From: a virus
Taxonomy: Duplodnaviria; Heunggongvirae; Uroviricota; Caudoviricetes
Virus record (IMG/VR): IMGVR_UViG_3300037067_019759
Direction: 5' to 3' (one strand)
Length of the DNA: 33,961 nt
The translations under genes and the position numbers were made by a program. Every line of letters begins with the position of its first letter. Position 1 is the first letter of the stretch. The notes under the pieces are model-generated. The model did not search any database. It was not told the DNA's origin and worked only from the letters and a program-made list of their open reading frames with translations. Positions 1 through 7,845 of this stretch are shown here, in pieces.

Positions 1-1
1 G

Positions 2-70
2 TTGGCATGGTTGGCGGGGTCGGCGCGGTCGGCGCGGTCGGCGCGGTCGGCATGGTCGGCGCGGTCGGCA
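2..70 (+). repeat. In-frame 9-bp tandem repeat (TCGGCGCGG/TCGGCATGG) encoding SAR/SAW
   Basis: Visible directly; about 7 degenerate units. Confidence 0.9.
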
Positions 71-712
71 TTAGATTATGATTTTGATTGGTATGTTTTT
101 GAATTTGAATACTGCAAAAATCCAGATAAAGAATATCCGCCCAAAAAAGAAGACAGCCAATATTTAGAATATTGTGAACTGTTAATGCAAGCTAAAGAAT
201 ATGGTATGGGATATCGCGTGGAATGGGAGGACACACTGTATTGTGTGCCAACACCTCTTGTTTGTGTTGACGAACAAAATCGTTTTCATTCTGAAATAAA
301 ACCAGCAATTTTTTGGAAAGGTGGAAAAAAATTTTATTTTTTGAAAGGAATAAGTTTCCCCAAAGATTTATGGCAAAAAATAGTTAATCATACTATTACT
401 CCCAAAGAAGCGATGGAATTAAAAAACGCGGAACAAAGAGCAATCGCAATGCGTTATATCGGGTACGAAAAATTATTAAAAGAAACCAACGCCAAACAAA
501 TAGGAAAAGATGAGTATGGAGAAATCATAGAATTGGATATTTTGGACATCAACAATGATAAATTAAGATATTATATCGCGATAGACCCAAGTAAGAACGA
601 AAAAATAGCTTTATTAGTAAGTCCTGATACACAAACGCCAAAGGAAGCAATGACAAAATATTATCATTTAGATATTTTAGGTTTGGAATATAAACCGGAT
701 ATGCGAACTTAG
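2..712 (+). CDS. DUF6745-like phage protein, probably 5'-truncated by the window
   Basis: SAR/SAW repeats, then DEQNRFHSEIKPAIFWKGG..FYFLKGISFP and ITPKEAMELKNAEQRAIAMRYIGYEKLL, matching the recalled DUF6745 pattern (RLH...PAI.W.DG...Y...G..VP). Confidence 0.6.
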   Translation: MAWLAGSARSARSARSAWSARSALDYDFDWYVFEFEYCKNPDKEYPPKKEDSQYLEYCELLMQAKEYGMGYRVEWEDTLYCVPTPLVCVDEQNRFHSEIKPAIFWKGGKKFYFLKGISFPKDLWQKIVNHTITPKEAMELKNAEQRAIAMRYIGYEKLLKETNAKQIGKDEYGEIIELDILDINNDKLRYYIAIDPSKNEKIALLVSPDTQTPKEAMTKYYHLDILGLEYKPDMRT

Positions 713-753
713 ACTTTTGGTGATTGCTATCCGCTCACCTTTAATTTAATTTT

Positions 754-936
754 ATGGAAAAAGAAATAGATAAAACAACAGAAGAACTTTATAAGGCAAC
801 GATAAATTATATTAAAACTAATAAAGGAACAGTAGTTGTTATTGGCGGTATTGCTATTGTTGATGAAGGATTAGGAAAATATAAATATGGTTTGATGATA
901 AGAATAATGGGTAAAAAACCTATTTTTAAAAAATAA
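754..936 (+). CDS. Hypothetical protein, 60 aa
   Basis: ATG ORF tightly packed between its neighbours. Confidence 0.6.
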   Translation: MEKEIDKTTEELYKATINYIKTNKGTVVVIGGIAIVDEGLGKYKYGLMIRIMGKKPIFKK

Positions 937-939
937 TAT

Positions 940-1368
940 ATGGCAATTAAAAATTATACAACCAAAGTTTCCACAAACCGAAGTATTCAAGAGATACAAG
1001 ACGCACTTATTAAACACGGAGCGATAGGTTTTTTGTTGGAATACGAAAAAGACACTGGCCGGATACAGGCGTGCAAATTTTTATTGCAACTGAATGAAAA
1101 TAAAATACCGTTTGCTTTGCCGGTAAATTGGCGTAGATTTCAAGCGGTTTTAAAAGAACAACGAATAAAAAGATGGAGTGACGAGGATTATTGTTATCGG
1201 GTAGCGTGGAGGTGCATTCGGGATTGGGTATTAGCGCAATTAGCTTTATATGAAACGGAAATGGCGCAACTTCCACAGGTATTTTTACCTTATGCAATGG
1301 ATAAAAACGGAGTTAGCACTCTATACGACCGAGTGCTAAATAATAATTTATTAAGTGAAGGGAAATAA
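940..1368 (+). CDS. Conserved phage hypothetical protein (MAIKNYTT..., RVAWRCIRDWV.AQ)
   Basis: 142-aa ORF with a motif pattern recalled from many phage genomes. Confidence 0.75.
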   Translation: MAIKNYTTKVSTNRSIQEIQDALIKHGAIGFLLEYEKDTGRIQACKFLLQLNENKIPFALPVNWRRFQAVLKEQRIKRWSDEDYCYRVAWRCIRDWVLAQLALYETEMAQLPQVFLPYAMDKNGVSTLYDRVLNNNLLSEGK

Positions 1369-1372
1369 TTAT

Positions 1373-1591
1373 ATGGAAATAAAATGGCTAACAGAAATGG
1401 AATTAACAGAAGAAGGCAAAAAACATTTTAAAGGTTTTTATTTAAAAAATAGAAAAGCGTTTTTTGTTGGATATACAAAAGATAGATATCTGGAAGGCCA
1501 ACACCTTTTACCTAGATATATAAAAATACTTTTAGAAAATACAACTGTTTCTAGTGTTTATGCCATGGAATTTTGGAAAGTTAAAGAATAA
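1373..1591 (+). CDS. Hypothetical protein (start moved to ATG 1373)
   Basis: ATG preceded by the TTAT leader used across this genome, 4 nt after the previous stop. Confidence 0.6.
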   Translation: MEIKWLTEMELTEEGKKHFKGFYLKNRKAFFVGYTKDRYLEGQHLLPRYIKILLENTTVSSVYAMEFWKVKE

Positions 1592-1596
1592 TTACA

Positions 1597-1704
1597 ATGC
1601 GCGAAATATTAACCTCCAAACTTATCATCTTAGCATCCTTAGCGGTAGTCGCATTTATCACGATTAGTATTCCTTGTTATTTATTCTTTTTAGCTACTAA
1701 ATAA
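1597..1704 (+). CDS. Small membrane peptide, 35 aa (not in ORF track)
   Basis: MREILTSKLIILASLAVVAFITISIPCYLFFLATK; one hydrophobic helix; fills the gap. Confidence 0.5.
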   Translation: MREILTSKLIILASLAVVAFITISIPCYLFFLATK

Positions 1705-1711
1705 TAAAACT

Positions 1712-1861
1712 ATGAATGACAAAAAAGTAAAATGCAAACACATATGGATGCCTAATTCTTGGGAAATCGGCGAATGGGGCGACCACGAGTTTTGTCTTTT
1801 CGGCACTCAGAAATTAAAATCAGTCCGATGCCAAAAATGTTTAGAAGTAAAACAATTATAA
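1712..1861 (+). CDS. Small Cys/His protein, 49 aa (not in ORF track)
   Basis: MNDKKVKCKHIW...VRCQKCLEVKQL; CxH plus CxxC. Confidence 0.55.
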   Translation: MNDKKVKCKHIWMPNSWEIGEWGDHEFCLFGTQKLKSVRCQKCLEVKQL

Positions 1862-1882
1862 TAAATAATTAAATATAAAAGT

Positions 1883-2932
1883 ATGGGCAACGAAGAAAAA
1901 GAGAAGGAAAATTCGCTGGTGCAAATAATGAAAGAATTAAATGCAAAATACGGCAAAGGAACGGTTTTAAAAATGTCTGAAGAAAATGCAATAGATATAA
2001 AAAGTATTTCTACTGGTTGCTGGAGTTTAGATTGGATAATGGGGCAAGGAATACCTCGTGGCAGGATTATAGAAATTTTTGGAACTGAAGGATCAGGGAA
2101 AAGTACGCTTTCTATGTTTTTAGCTAGCCAAGTTCAACGACAGGGCGGAAAAGCGATGTTGATTGATGTTGAAATGGCCTTTGACCGTGCTTACGCTGAA
2201 AAAATAGGAGTAAATGTAGATGAATTACTAGTTAGCCAACCTTCATGCGCGGAAGAAGCTCTTGACATAATGGATTCGATGATAAGAAGTAATAGTGTTG
2301 ACCTTGTTATTTTAGATAGCGTTGCTTCGTTGGTGGTGAGGCGTGAGCTCGAAGGAGAAATAGGTGATCAGGACGTGGCACTCCAAGCAAGAATTATGAG
2401 TAAAGCATTACGAATTATGACAGGTAGTATTTCCTCCAGCAGAACTTGCGCTATATTTGTTAATCAAATAAGAGATAAAATTGGAGGAATGTATTGGGGG
2501 ATGAAAACGCAGAGTGCGGGTGGTCGGGCGTTACGGTTTTACAGTAGCATTAGGTTAGACGTGCGAGGGGGAAAGAAAATAAAAAAAGGAGAAGAAATAA
2601 TTGGTAACCAAATTATTATTACTGCACAAAAAAATAAAGTAGCTAATCCTTTTCGTAGCGCAACTTTAGATTTAATTTTTGGTGTTGGGATTGATGTTGT
2701 CGGTGATTTATTTAATGTAGCTGTAAAAAATAAAATAATTAGTAAGAGTGGTAATACTTTTAATTTTGGTGATGTTGTATTAAAGGTAGGTCATGATAGT
2801 TCAATCGCATGGCTTAAAGAAAATTCTGAAATTTTAGAAAAAATAAAGCAGGCGTTAAATGCCAAAAAGGAAAAAGTAATTATGTTGGATAGCAAAAAAG
2901 ATGAAGAAGAATTAGAGCCACTTGACAAATAA
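1883..2932 (+). CDS. recA: RecA recombinase
   Basis: ISTG..SLD; GIPRGRIIEIFGTEGSGKSTL (Walker A); LVILDSVASL (Walker B); IFVNQIR; GGRALRFYSSIRLDVR; KNKVA. Confidence 0.95.
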   Translation: MGNEEKEKENSLVQIMKELNAKYGKGTVLKMSEENAIDIKSISTGCWSLDWIMGQGIPRGRIIEIFGTEGSGKSTLSMFLASQVQRQGGKAMLIDVEMAFDRAYAEKIGVNVDELLVSQPSCAEEALDIMDSMIRSNSVDLVILDSVASLVVRRELEGEIGDQDVALQARIMSKALRIMTGSISSSRTCAIFVNQIRDKIGGMYWGMKTQSAGGRALRFYSSIRLDVRGGKKIKKGEEIIGNQIIITAQKNKVANPFRSATLDLIFGVGIDVVGDLFNVAVKNKIISKSGNTFNFGDVVLKVGHDSSIAWLKENSEILEKIKQALNAKKEKVIMLDSKKDEEELEPLDK

Positions 2933-2950
2933 AAATACTTTTGTTATGAT
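2922..2950 (+). promoter_or_regulatory. Sigma70-type promoter for the HNH-AP2 gene
   Basis: TTGACA(2922-27)-17 bp-TATGAT(2945-50), with a TGn extension; overlaps the recA stop. Confidence 0.8.
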
Positions 2951-2967
2951 GGGGTTAATTAATTATT

Positions 2968-3043
2968 AACCTGCAAGACATAAAAACCATTTGTTGTAGT
3001 GGATTACCCTTGCAGGTTGCCACTCGGCATATGGTTTTTGTGT
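2968..3043 (+). promoter_or_regulatory. Structured leader (pseudoknot or alternative-fold switch)
   Basis: 2968-77 pairs with 3009-18 (10 bp perfect); 2978-90 pairs with 3031-43 (13 bp, one G-U); the two pairings are interleaved. Confidence 0.55.
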
Positions 3044-3053
3044 TAGTAAAAGT

Positions 3054-3716
3054 ATGGAAACAGTGAAAAAAGAGGATTTTAAAAAATGCAAAGTAAATAA
3101 TTGCAAAAATAATGCTCATTGGAAAAACCATGGGAGAAGAGGATACTGTCGAAGACATGATGCTCAAATTCAAAAAAATGGAAAAATTTTAACTCGTACC
3201 CGTTTTGACTCTAATGAAATTATAGATTGTGGGAGTTATTATGAGATATGTCTTTATTCGGGATGTGGAGAAAAAAAAGAAATTGAAAGAGCAAAAATAG
3301 ACAAAGAAGATTTGGAAAAAGTTAAAAATTATAAATGGCATTTGATGATAGTAGATACAGGGGGAAAATATGTTATTTCAGGAAAAGATAGATTATTATT
3401 ACATCATTTAATTATGGGAAAACCATCTAAAGGATTTGAAATTGATCATCATTTTGGCGATCCTTTAGATAACAGAAAACAAAATTTAAGATTTGCCACT
3501 AAAAGTCAAAATGGAATGAATAAAAAAAATGTAAAAGGGTATACTTGGGATAAATCAAGAAATAAATGGATGGTGTATATTGGAGTAAATGGCAAAAAGA
3601 TTAATTTAGGTCGTTTTAACGACGAACAACTCGCCACTAAAGTAGCCCAAGAAGCACGCCAAAAATACTTCGGCGAATTTGCCTATCAAGAGCCAGCAAT
3701 AATAACAAATAAATAA
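3054..3716 (+). CDS. Free-standing HNH homing endonuclease with C-terminal AP2 DNA-binding domain
   Basis: EIDHHFGDPLDNRKQNLRFATKSQN (HNH_3); KGYTWDKSRNKWMVYIGVNGKKINLGRF...ARQKYFGEFA (AP2); N-terminal Cys/His cluster. Confidence 0.9.
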   Translation: METVKKEDFKKCKVNNCKNNAHWKNHGRRGYCRRHDAQIQKNGKILTRTRFDSNEIIDCGSYYEICLYSGCGEKKEIERAKIDKEDLEKVKNYKWHLMIVDTGGKYVISGKDRLLLHHLIMGKPSKGFEIDHHFGDPLDNRKQNLRFATKSQNGMNKKNVKGYTWDKSRNKWMVYIGVNGKKINLGRFNDEQLATKVAQEARQKYFGEFAYQEPAIITNK

Positions 3717-3718
3717 AT

Positions 3719-3928
3719 ATGCAATTTTTCAGCAGTAAAAAATCAAACATTCGTTGGAAATCAAAAGAAGATTTTTTTTTATCTCGCCTTGATGGTGTTT
3801 TAATATCAATTAATCGTTGGCGGAAAAATGAAGATTATAGTAAAAGAATAAATTCTCCAACTTATAATAATTTATTCCAGCAAGCGGATAAGATTTGCCA
3901 ACAAATAGTGGCGATTAAAGGATTTTAA
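3719..3928 (+). CDS. Hypothetical protein, 69 aa
   Basis: ATG 2 nt after the HNH stop. Confidence 0.55.
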   Translation: MQFFSSKKSNIRWKSKEDFFLSRLDGVLISINRWRKNEDYSKRINSPTYNNLFQQADKICQQIVAIKGF

Positions 3929-3934
3929 TATCCA

Positions 3935-3963
3935 TTGACAATAAATTGGATTTTTTTTATCAT
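3935..3963 (+). promoter_or_regulatory. Sigma70-type promoter
   Basis: TTGACA(3935-40)-17-TATCAT(3958-63); contains TTGGA 7 bp upstream of the -10. Confidence 0.7.
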
Positions 3964-4161
3964 TAAAGCAAAGGATAATTTAAAAATTCTAACAGGAACA
4001 ATATAATCATAGTGCCTGTTTGAGAAATTTTAAAGTAATAAATCTTTTTGGCTTAAATTTAAAATGATGTTTCCGTTTCTTGCGCGCTTATAAAGAGCGG
4101 ATGTGCGTGAGATTGAATGGCGATGCTGTTTAATCCCATGCGGTTATTTTAGATTGAGGCC

Positions 4162-4195
4162 GAGCAAAGGGAAGGCAATGCTTCCCTTTGTTTTT
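4162..4195 (+). terminator. Intrinsic terminator or attenuator
   Basis: CAAAGGGAAG-gcaatg-CTTCCCTTTG (10-bp perfect stem) followed by TTTTT. Confidence 0.75.
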
Positions 4196-4206
4196 CAAAA
4201 ATATAT

Positions 4207-4443
4207 ATGAGAATGACTGATGTCGCAAAAGAACAATTAAGAAATACTCCGAGAGCAAAATGCGCTATTTGTGGCACAAAAAGAAATTATACCAACCCAA
4301 TGGCAAAATGTTGGGAGTGCCAAAAAAAGTATTGTTTTGATCATATATTTTGCGGGCAAGTAAAGGTGGGAATGAAAGAAACAGAAGAAGTGCGAGATAT
4401 ATGCGATAATTGTCGTGATAAGTGTGGGTATCGTAGTATGTAA
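4207..4443 (+). CDS. Cys-rich zinc-finger-like protein
   Basis: CAIC, CWEC..YC..H..C, CDNC motifs. Confidence 0.7.
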   Translation: MRMTDVAKEQLRNTPRAKCAICGTKRNYTNPMAKCWECQKKYCFDHIFCGQVKVGMKETEEVRDICDNCRDKCGYRSM

Positions 4444-4564
4444 TAGCTAAAATTAATTCGCACCTGCTGTATTTTAAGAGTTTTTTATTAGTTAAAGGTA
4501 TAATCTATGCTCTCGCATAGAAAATATTAAAATAGACGATACAGTGAAACAAGTTTAGATATTA

Positions 4565-4591
4565 AAAAGACGCTCATATTGAGTGTCTTTT
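4565..4591. terminator. Bidirectional terminator between convergent blocks
   Basis: AAAAGACGCTCA-tat-TGAGTGTCTTTT with A/T tails on both sides. Confidence 0.75.
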
Positions 4592-4612
4592 GTGTTTTAA
4601 TGAATTTAGCGG

Positions 4613-4702
4613 TTATCTCCCCGCAAAAAATACAATTAAAAGTAGTATGGCGATAATAATAATAGAGCCAATCTGCGCGGAAGAATTGTTATTTTTAGAC
4701 AT
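4613..4702 (-). CDS. Small membrane peptide, 29 aa
   Basis: MSKNNNSSAQIGSIIIIAILLLIVFFAGR; single TM helix. Confidence 0.45.
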   Translation of the reverse strand: MSKNNNSSAQIGSIIIIAILLLIVFFAGR

Positions 4703-4745
4703 GTAGTTGTTTTTTAGGTTTTTTCATAAGTTTATAGTTAGTAAA

Positions 4746-4970
4746 TTATTTAATAATGCCTATTTTGTATTCTTTGCCATCTATTCCCAATTCTTCATCA
4801 ATCGGATATATTCCAGTTATGTCATCAACAGATAATTTGAGGTCATTTGCCATTTTAAAGTATTTTATAAATTCTTGGTTGCTTCCCGTAATGCCTACAT
4901 AAAGTTCAGCGTCTATTTCATCCAAAGCATTGCGGTAATAAGCGATAAAAAATTGGTTTGGTTTTGGCAT
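4746..4970 (-). CDS. Early-cluster hypothetical protein
   Basis: ATG preceded by TAAACTT; tightly packed. Confidence 0.7.
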   Translation of the reverse strand: MPKPNQFFIAYYRNALDEIDAELYVGITGSNQEFIKYFKMANDLKLSVDDITGIYPIDEELGIDGKEYKIGIIK

Positions 4971-4977
4971 AAGTTTA

Positions 4978-5214
4978 TTATTTAATTAAATTTTTAATAT
5001 ATTCCATTGCGTTGATATAGCCTATAAACCAGCCAATGTCTTCCCATCCGCTCAATTCGCTGTTAAGGACTTCTTTAATATTTTTTTTATTTATTTTTGC
5101 TTCTTTTAATAAAGATGAATGGACATCCCATAAATCATTTAGTTTATCAACTATTTCTTTTTCAAAAAATTTTGGCAATAGTGTAATTTGCGGGCTGGGA
5201 GTTTGTTTGGAGAT
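4978..5214 (-). CDS. Early-cluster hypothetical protein (start ATC 5214 or TTG 5178)
   Basis: Cluster leader TAATAAACTT sits directly before an in-frame ATC, 12 codons upstream of the TTG. Confidence 0.6.
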   Translation of the reverse strand: MSKQTPSPQITLLPKFFEKEIVDKLNDLWDVHSSLLKEAKINKKNIKEVLNSELSGWEDIGWFIGYINAMEYIKNLIK

Positions 5215-5232
5215 AAGTTTATTAGATGTTAA

Positions 5233-5403
5233 TTATTTAACAGCAGAATTAAATCCATTTACTATTTGTCCGAAAAATGACCCTATATTTTGCGGTGAAA
5301 AAATAATAAATAGTGAGTTAATAAAATAAAAAATAAGTACAATAAAAGCGATAACAAGAGTTCCGATAGTTATATAAGGAAATATTTTGTAAAAATAGTT
5401 CAT
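5233..5403 (-). CDS. Small membrane protein, 56 aa (not in ORF track)
   Basis: MNYFYKIFPYITIGTLVIAFIVLIFYFINSLFIIFSPQNIG...; fills the gap exactly. Confidence 0.6.
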   Translation of the reverse strand: MNYFYKIFPYITIGTLVIAFIVLIFYFINSLFIIFSPQNIGSFFGQIVNGFNSAVK

Positions 5404-5412
5404 AATTTTAAA

Positions 5413-5673
5413 TTAACAATAAGCGAATAAGCAATTTTTTTGGATCGCTTCGCCGATATTGGTGTGTTGTTTATTAAATAATTGCTGGGGCTTTAATTCT
5501 TGCGTGGTGTCATCAATATAGTTGATAATGTAAAATTTATCAGTCGGTTGGTGGTATTTAATCAGTTTGGAGCTTTTGGCAATGCCGCCCGCGAGCGAGA
5601 TAAAGCATTCCATCCCGTCTTCGTTGGCGGCGATTTGTTTTAATTCGTCTATGGATTTTATCGTTTTAGGCAT
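5413..5673 (-). CDS. Early-cluster hypothetical protein
   Basis: MPK start, tight packing. Confidence 0.7.
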   Translation of the reverse strand: MPKTIKSIDELKQIAANEDGMECFISLAGGIAKSSKLIKYHQPTDKFYIINYIDDTTQELKPQQLFNKQHTNIGEAIQKNCLFAYC

Positions 5674-5678
5674 AAATT

Positions 5679-5948
5679 TTATTTGTTTAGTAAATTAGTG
5701 ATTTTATCTTCCAAATCGTAATAACTTTCGCCTTGTATTCCATGGCCAACGAGTGGTTCTAAAATTTCTTCAATAATTTCTATTGCTTTTTGACGCAATG
5801 AATGCTGAACATCGTTTATGCTTATAACTTCCTCGCATTTTGCTTCTTGTATCATAATCCCCGCGTAATGCGTGTTAAATTGGCGGTTGGCTTCTTTTTT
5901 GTTGGGAGCGGAGATATTGACGCTTCCCGTAAATTTATAAGTGGGCAT
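5679..5948 (-). CDS. Early-cluster hypothetical protein
   Basis: ATG with A-rich leader, tight packing. Confidence 0.7.
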   Translation of the reverse strand: MPTYKFTGSVNISAPNKKEANRQFNTHYAGIMIQEAKCEEVISINDVQHSLRQKAIEIIEEILEPLVGHGIQGESYYDLEDKITNLLNK

Positions 5949-5969
5949 ATGTTTATTGTTTTAAATAAA

Positions 5970-6272
5970 TTAAAATTCAATAATCGCTCGTTTCACTCGT
6001 CCGTCTTTGTCTAATTCTACATAAACAGGATATTTTCCGTCCCCACAGCCACTTTCTACGCAAATGGCGACATCTATTCCTCGTTTGTTAGTCAATTGAC
6101 CGCCGCCCGCTTTTAATTGGCTGGCTTGGCACGCGCCTGAATAAGAATAGTCAAGTTTGTTAGTGTCGTGGGTGTATTCGTCATTAACGAAATCTTTTAG
6201 GTAGCAAGGATCGGTAAGCAAAATTTGTCCCGAATCCACGCCGCAATAGCCGATAAGTTGTTTTTTGGGCAT
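5970..6272 (-). CDS. DUF4241-like protein
   Basis: GVDSGQILLTDPCY ... SGCGDGKYPVYVELDKDGRVKRAIIEF matches the recalled DUF4241 pattern. Confidence 0.65.
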   Translation of the reverse strand: MPKKQLIGYCGVDSGQILLTDPCYLKDFVNDEYTHDTNKLDYSYSGACQASQLKAGGGQLTNKRGIDVAICVESGCGDGKYPVYVELDKDGRVKRAIIEF

Positions 6273-6293
6273 ATAGATAAAAAAGTAAGTAAA

Positions 6294-6686
6294 TTATTTG
6301 CCGTCTTTATTGGTGCAAGCACAGCGTCCATCGTCATCTTGCGGTTTTCCGCAAATATAGCACAGTTTAACTTCGTTTTCTTGTTCTTCGTCAATGCTAA
6401 AATACTTGCCGTCCGCTTCCGCCATAAACGGACATTCCATAGTTAAAATTCCTTTGATGCTTTTGATAGTGTCCCATAATATCTCGCATTGATATTCTAA
6501 ATTTTGGATTCGTCCGCTATTTTTTGAGAGATAAACATAATTATCACCGATAGTTAAATCCGCATAATCGTAATTCATATCGGCGTTGTCGTTCTTTTTA
6601 AGTTTTCTGATAGCGCGGGCGACAAGTTTAGCGGTTTTGTTATTGTCGCATTCAATTTGGATGTCGGTTTGAGCGTATATTCCCAT
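6294..6686 (-). CDS. Hypothetical protein with C-terminal CxxC..CxC
   Basis: 130-aa ORF ending in CYICGKPQDDDGRCAC. Confidence 0.7.
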   Translation of the reverse strand: MGIYAQTDIQIECDNNKTAKLVARAIRKLKKNDNADMNYDYADLTIGDNYVYLSKNSGRIQNLEYQCEILWDTIKSIKGILTMECPFMAEADGKYFSIDEEQENEVKLCYICGKPQDDDGRCACTNKDGK

Positions 6687-6700
6687 ATATGTTTTGACAG

Positions 6701-6793
6701 TTAATAATTATAATTTTTCAAAAAATAAGCTACCAAAAAAATAGTGCCATAGAAAAAAAAGGCAAGAAAGAGTAAAATTCCGATAATTTTCAT
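6701..6793 (-). CDS. Small membrane peptide, 30 aa
   Basis: MKIIGILLFLAFFFYGTIFLVAYFLKNYNY; start moved to ATG 6793, after the GCTAACTTTAATTTAT leader. Confidence 0.5.
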   Translation of the reverse strand: MKIIGILLFLAFFFYGTIFLVAYFLKNYNY

Positions 6794-6804
6794 ATAAATT
6801 AAAG

Positions 6805-7059
6805 TTAGCAAATAATGTTGGAAAAATAATCTTGATAATATTGCGGTAATTTTTCCCCACAGTTGCGGCAGGCGAAATAGCATTTAGCGGGGTTGTCGCC
6901 ATTAGTTTCACATGTCAGCGTCCATTCCTTGCCGTTAAAAGAATAATTAAAGTAATTGGTACAGCCGTCTTCAATATAGGCAAGGGCGTTATCTTCCAGC
7001 GAGGCATGGCAATGCGGGCAGTTGGGGTAATCTTTTGGTTTGGTTGGCATTTTGGGCAT
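6805..7059 (-). CDS. Zinc-ribbon protein
   Basis: CPHC ... CRNC. Confidence 0.7.
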   Translation of the reverse strand: MPKMPTKPKDYPNCPHCHASLEDNALAYIEDGCTNYFNYSFNGKEWTLTCETNGDNPAKCYFACRNCGEKLPQYYQDYFSNIIC

Positions 7060-7076
7060 AGGTTTAATTTAATTAT

Positions 7077-7253
7077 TTATACTTCATTTTCAAAACATTC
7101 ATCACAAAAAAATTCATTGCCGTCCCCCTCCCATTCATCATCTTTGATAAATTCTTCGTCATTTTCAATAGAATAAGAGATCCATACATTTTGTAAATTA
7201 TGAGTTGCTTTTTTCCCGCATTTATCGCAGGTATAATTGTTTTTTTTGGGCAT
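7077..7253 (-). CDS. Zinc-ribbon protein, 58 aa (not in ORF track)
   Basis: MPKKNNYTCDKCGKK...FFCDECFENEV. Confidence 0.7.
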   Translation of the reverse strand: MPKKNNYTCDKCGKKATHNLQNVWISYSIENDEEFIKDDEWEGDGNEFFCDECFENEV

Positions 7254-7258
7254 AAAGT

Positions 7259-7462
7259 TTATTGTTTATGAATAAAATGCGTGGGGGTTTGATTTTTGTA
7301 AAAGGTAGTGGTAATAATGGCATGACCGTCTTTATCATCACACAAGGCATATACCCAGCGTCTTGGATATTTAATTAGATGAGAGCCGGAACAGTCAATA
7401 TCGTTATCTTTACAAAATGCGGTAGCGTCAATCAAGGCAAGGTTAAAAAGTATTTTTTCCAT
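7259..7462 (-). CDS. Early-cluster hypothetical protein
   Basis: ATG ORF, tight packing. Confidence 0.65.
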   Translation of the reverse strand: MEKILFNLALIDATAFCKDNDIDCSGSHLIKYPRRWVYALCDDKDGHAIITTTFYKNQTPTHFIHKQ

Positions 7463-7490
7463 GAGATAAAGTTAATTAAATAATTTATAA

Positions 7491-7652
7491 TTATGAAAGA
7501 AAAAGAATGGCAGTAGCTAACGACTCCATTGCTTCAAAAGGATTTTTTCCAGTACCTATAATTTTAGGGTTTTCTTCATCATACGCTTGCCATTTATTAT
7601 TGGCGGTTAATTCAGAGCTTGGCGTGCGTTTAACTATTATTTTATTTATCAT
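7491..7652 (-). CDS. 53-aa protein, HicB-N-terminal-like (not in ORF track)
   Basis: WQAYDEENPKIIGTGKNPFEAMESL; ATGA overlap with the upstream stop at 7649. Confidence 0.5.
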   Translation of the reverse strand: MINKIIVKRTPSSELTANNKWQAYDEENPKIIGTGKNPFEAMESLATAILFLS

Positions 7653-7834
7653 ATTTTTTTAATAGTTAATTCAGCGTCTTTGGTAATATCGCCGTCAATG
7701 CGGACAATATATTTCGCACCTTCAAAAATTCCTTCTTTGTGGCCGTCTTCGCATTCAATAAAAGTGTCCATAAGATATTCCGCACCGCCGTCCGTTTTGT
7801 GATAATAAAGTTGTATAGTTTTATAAGGTTTCAT
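7649..7834 (-). CDS. Early-cluster hypothetical protein
   Basis: Preceded by TCAACTAACTTATAAAACT. Confidence 0.7.
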   Translation of the reverse strand: MKPYKTIQLYYHKTDGGAEYLMDTFIECEDGHKEGIFEGAKYIVRIDGDITKDAELTIKKI

Positions 7835-7845
7835 AGTTTTATAAG

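Noticed and set aside
4695-4727. 10-aa ORF MKKPKKQLHV after a perfect cluster leader
   Set aside because: Too short to support. Removing one A from the homopolymer would fuse it to the 4702 membrane peptide, so it may be an error or a frameshift; this cannot be decided here.
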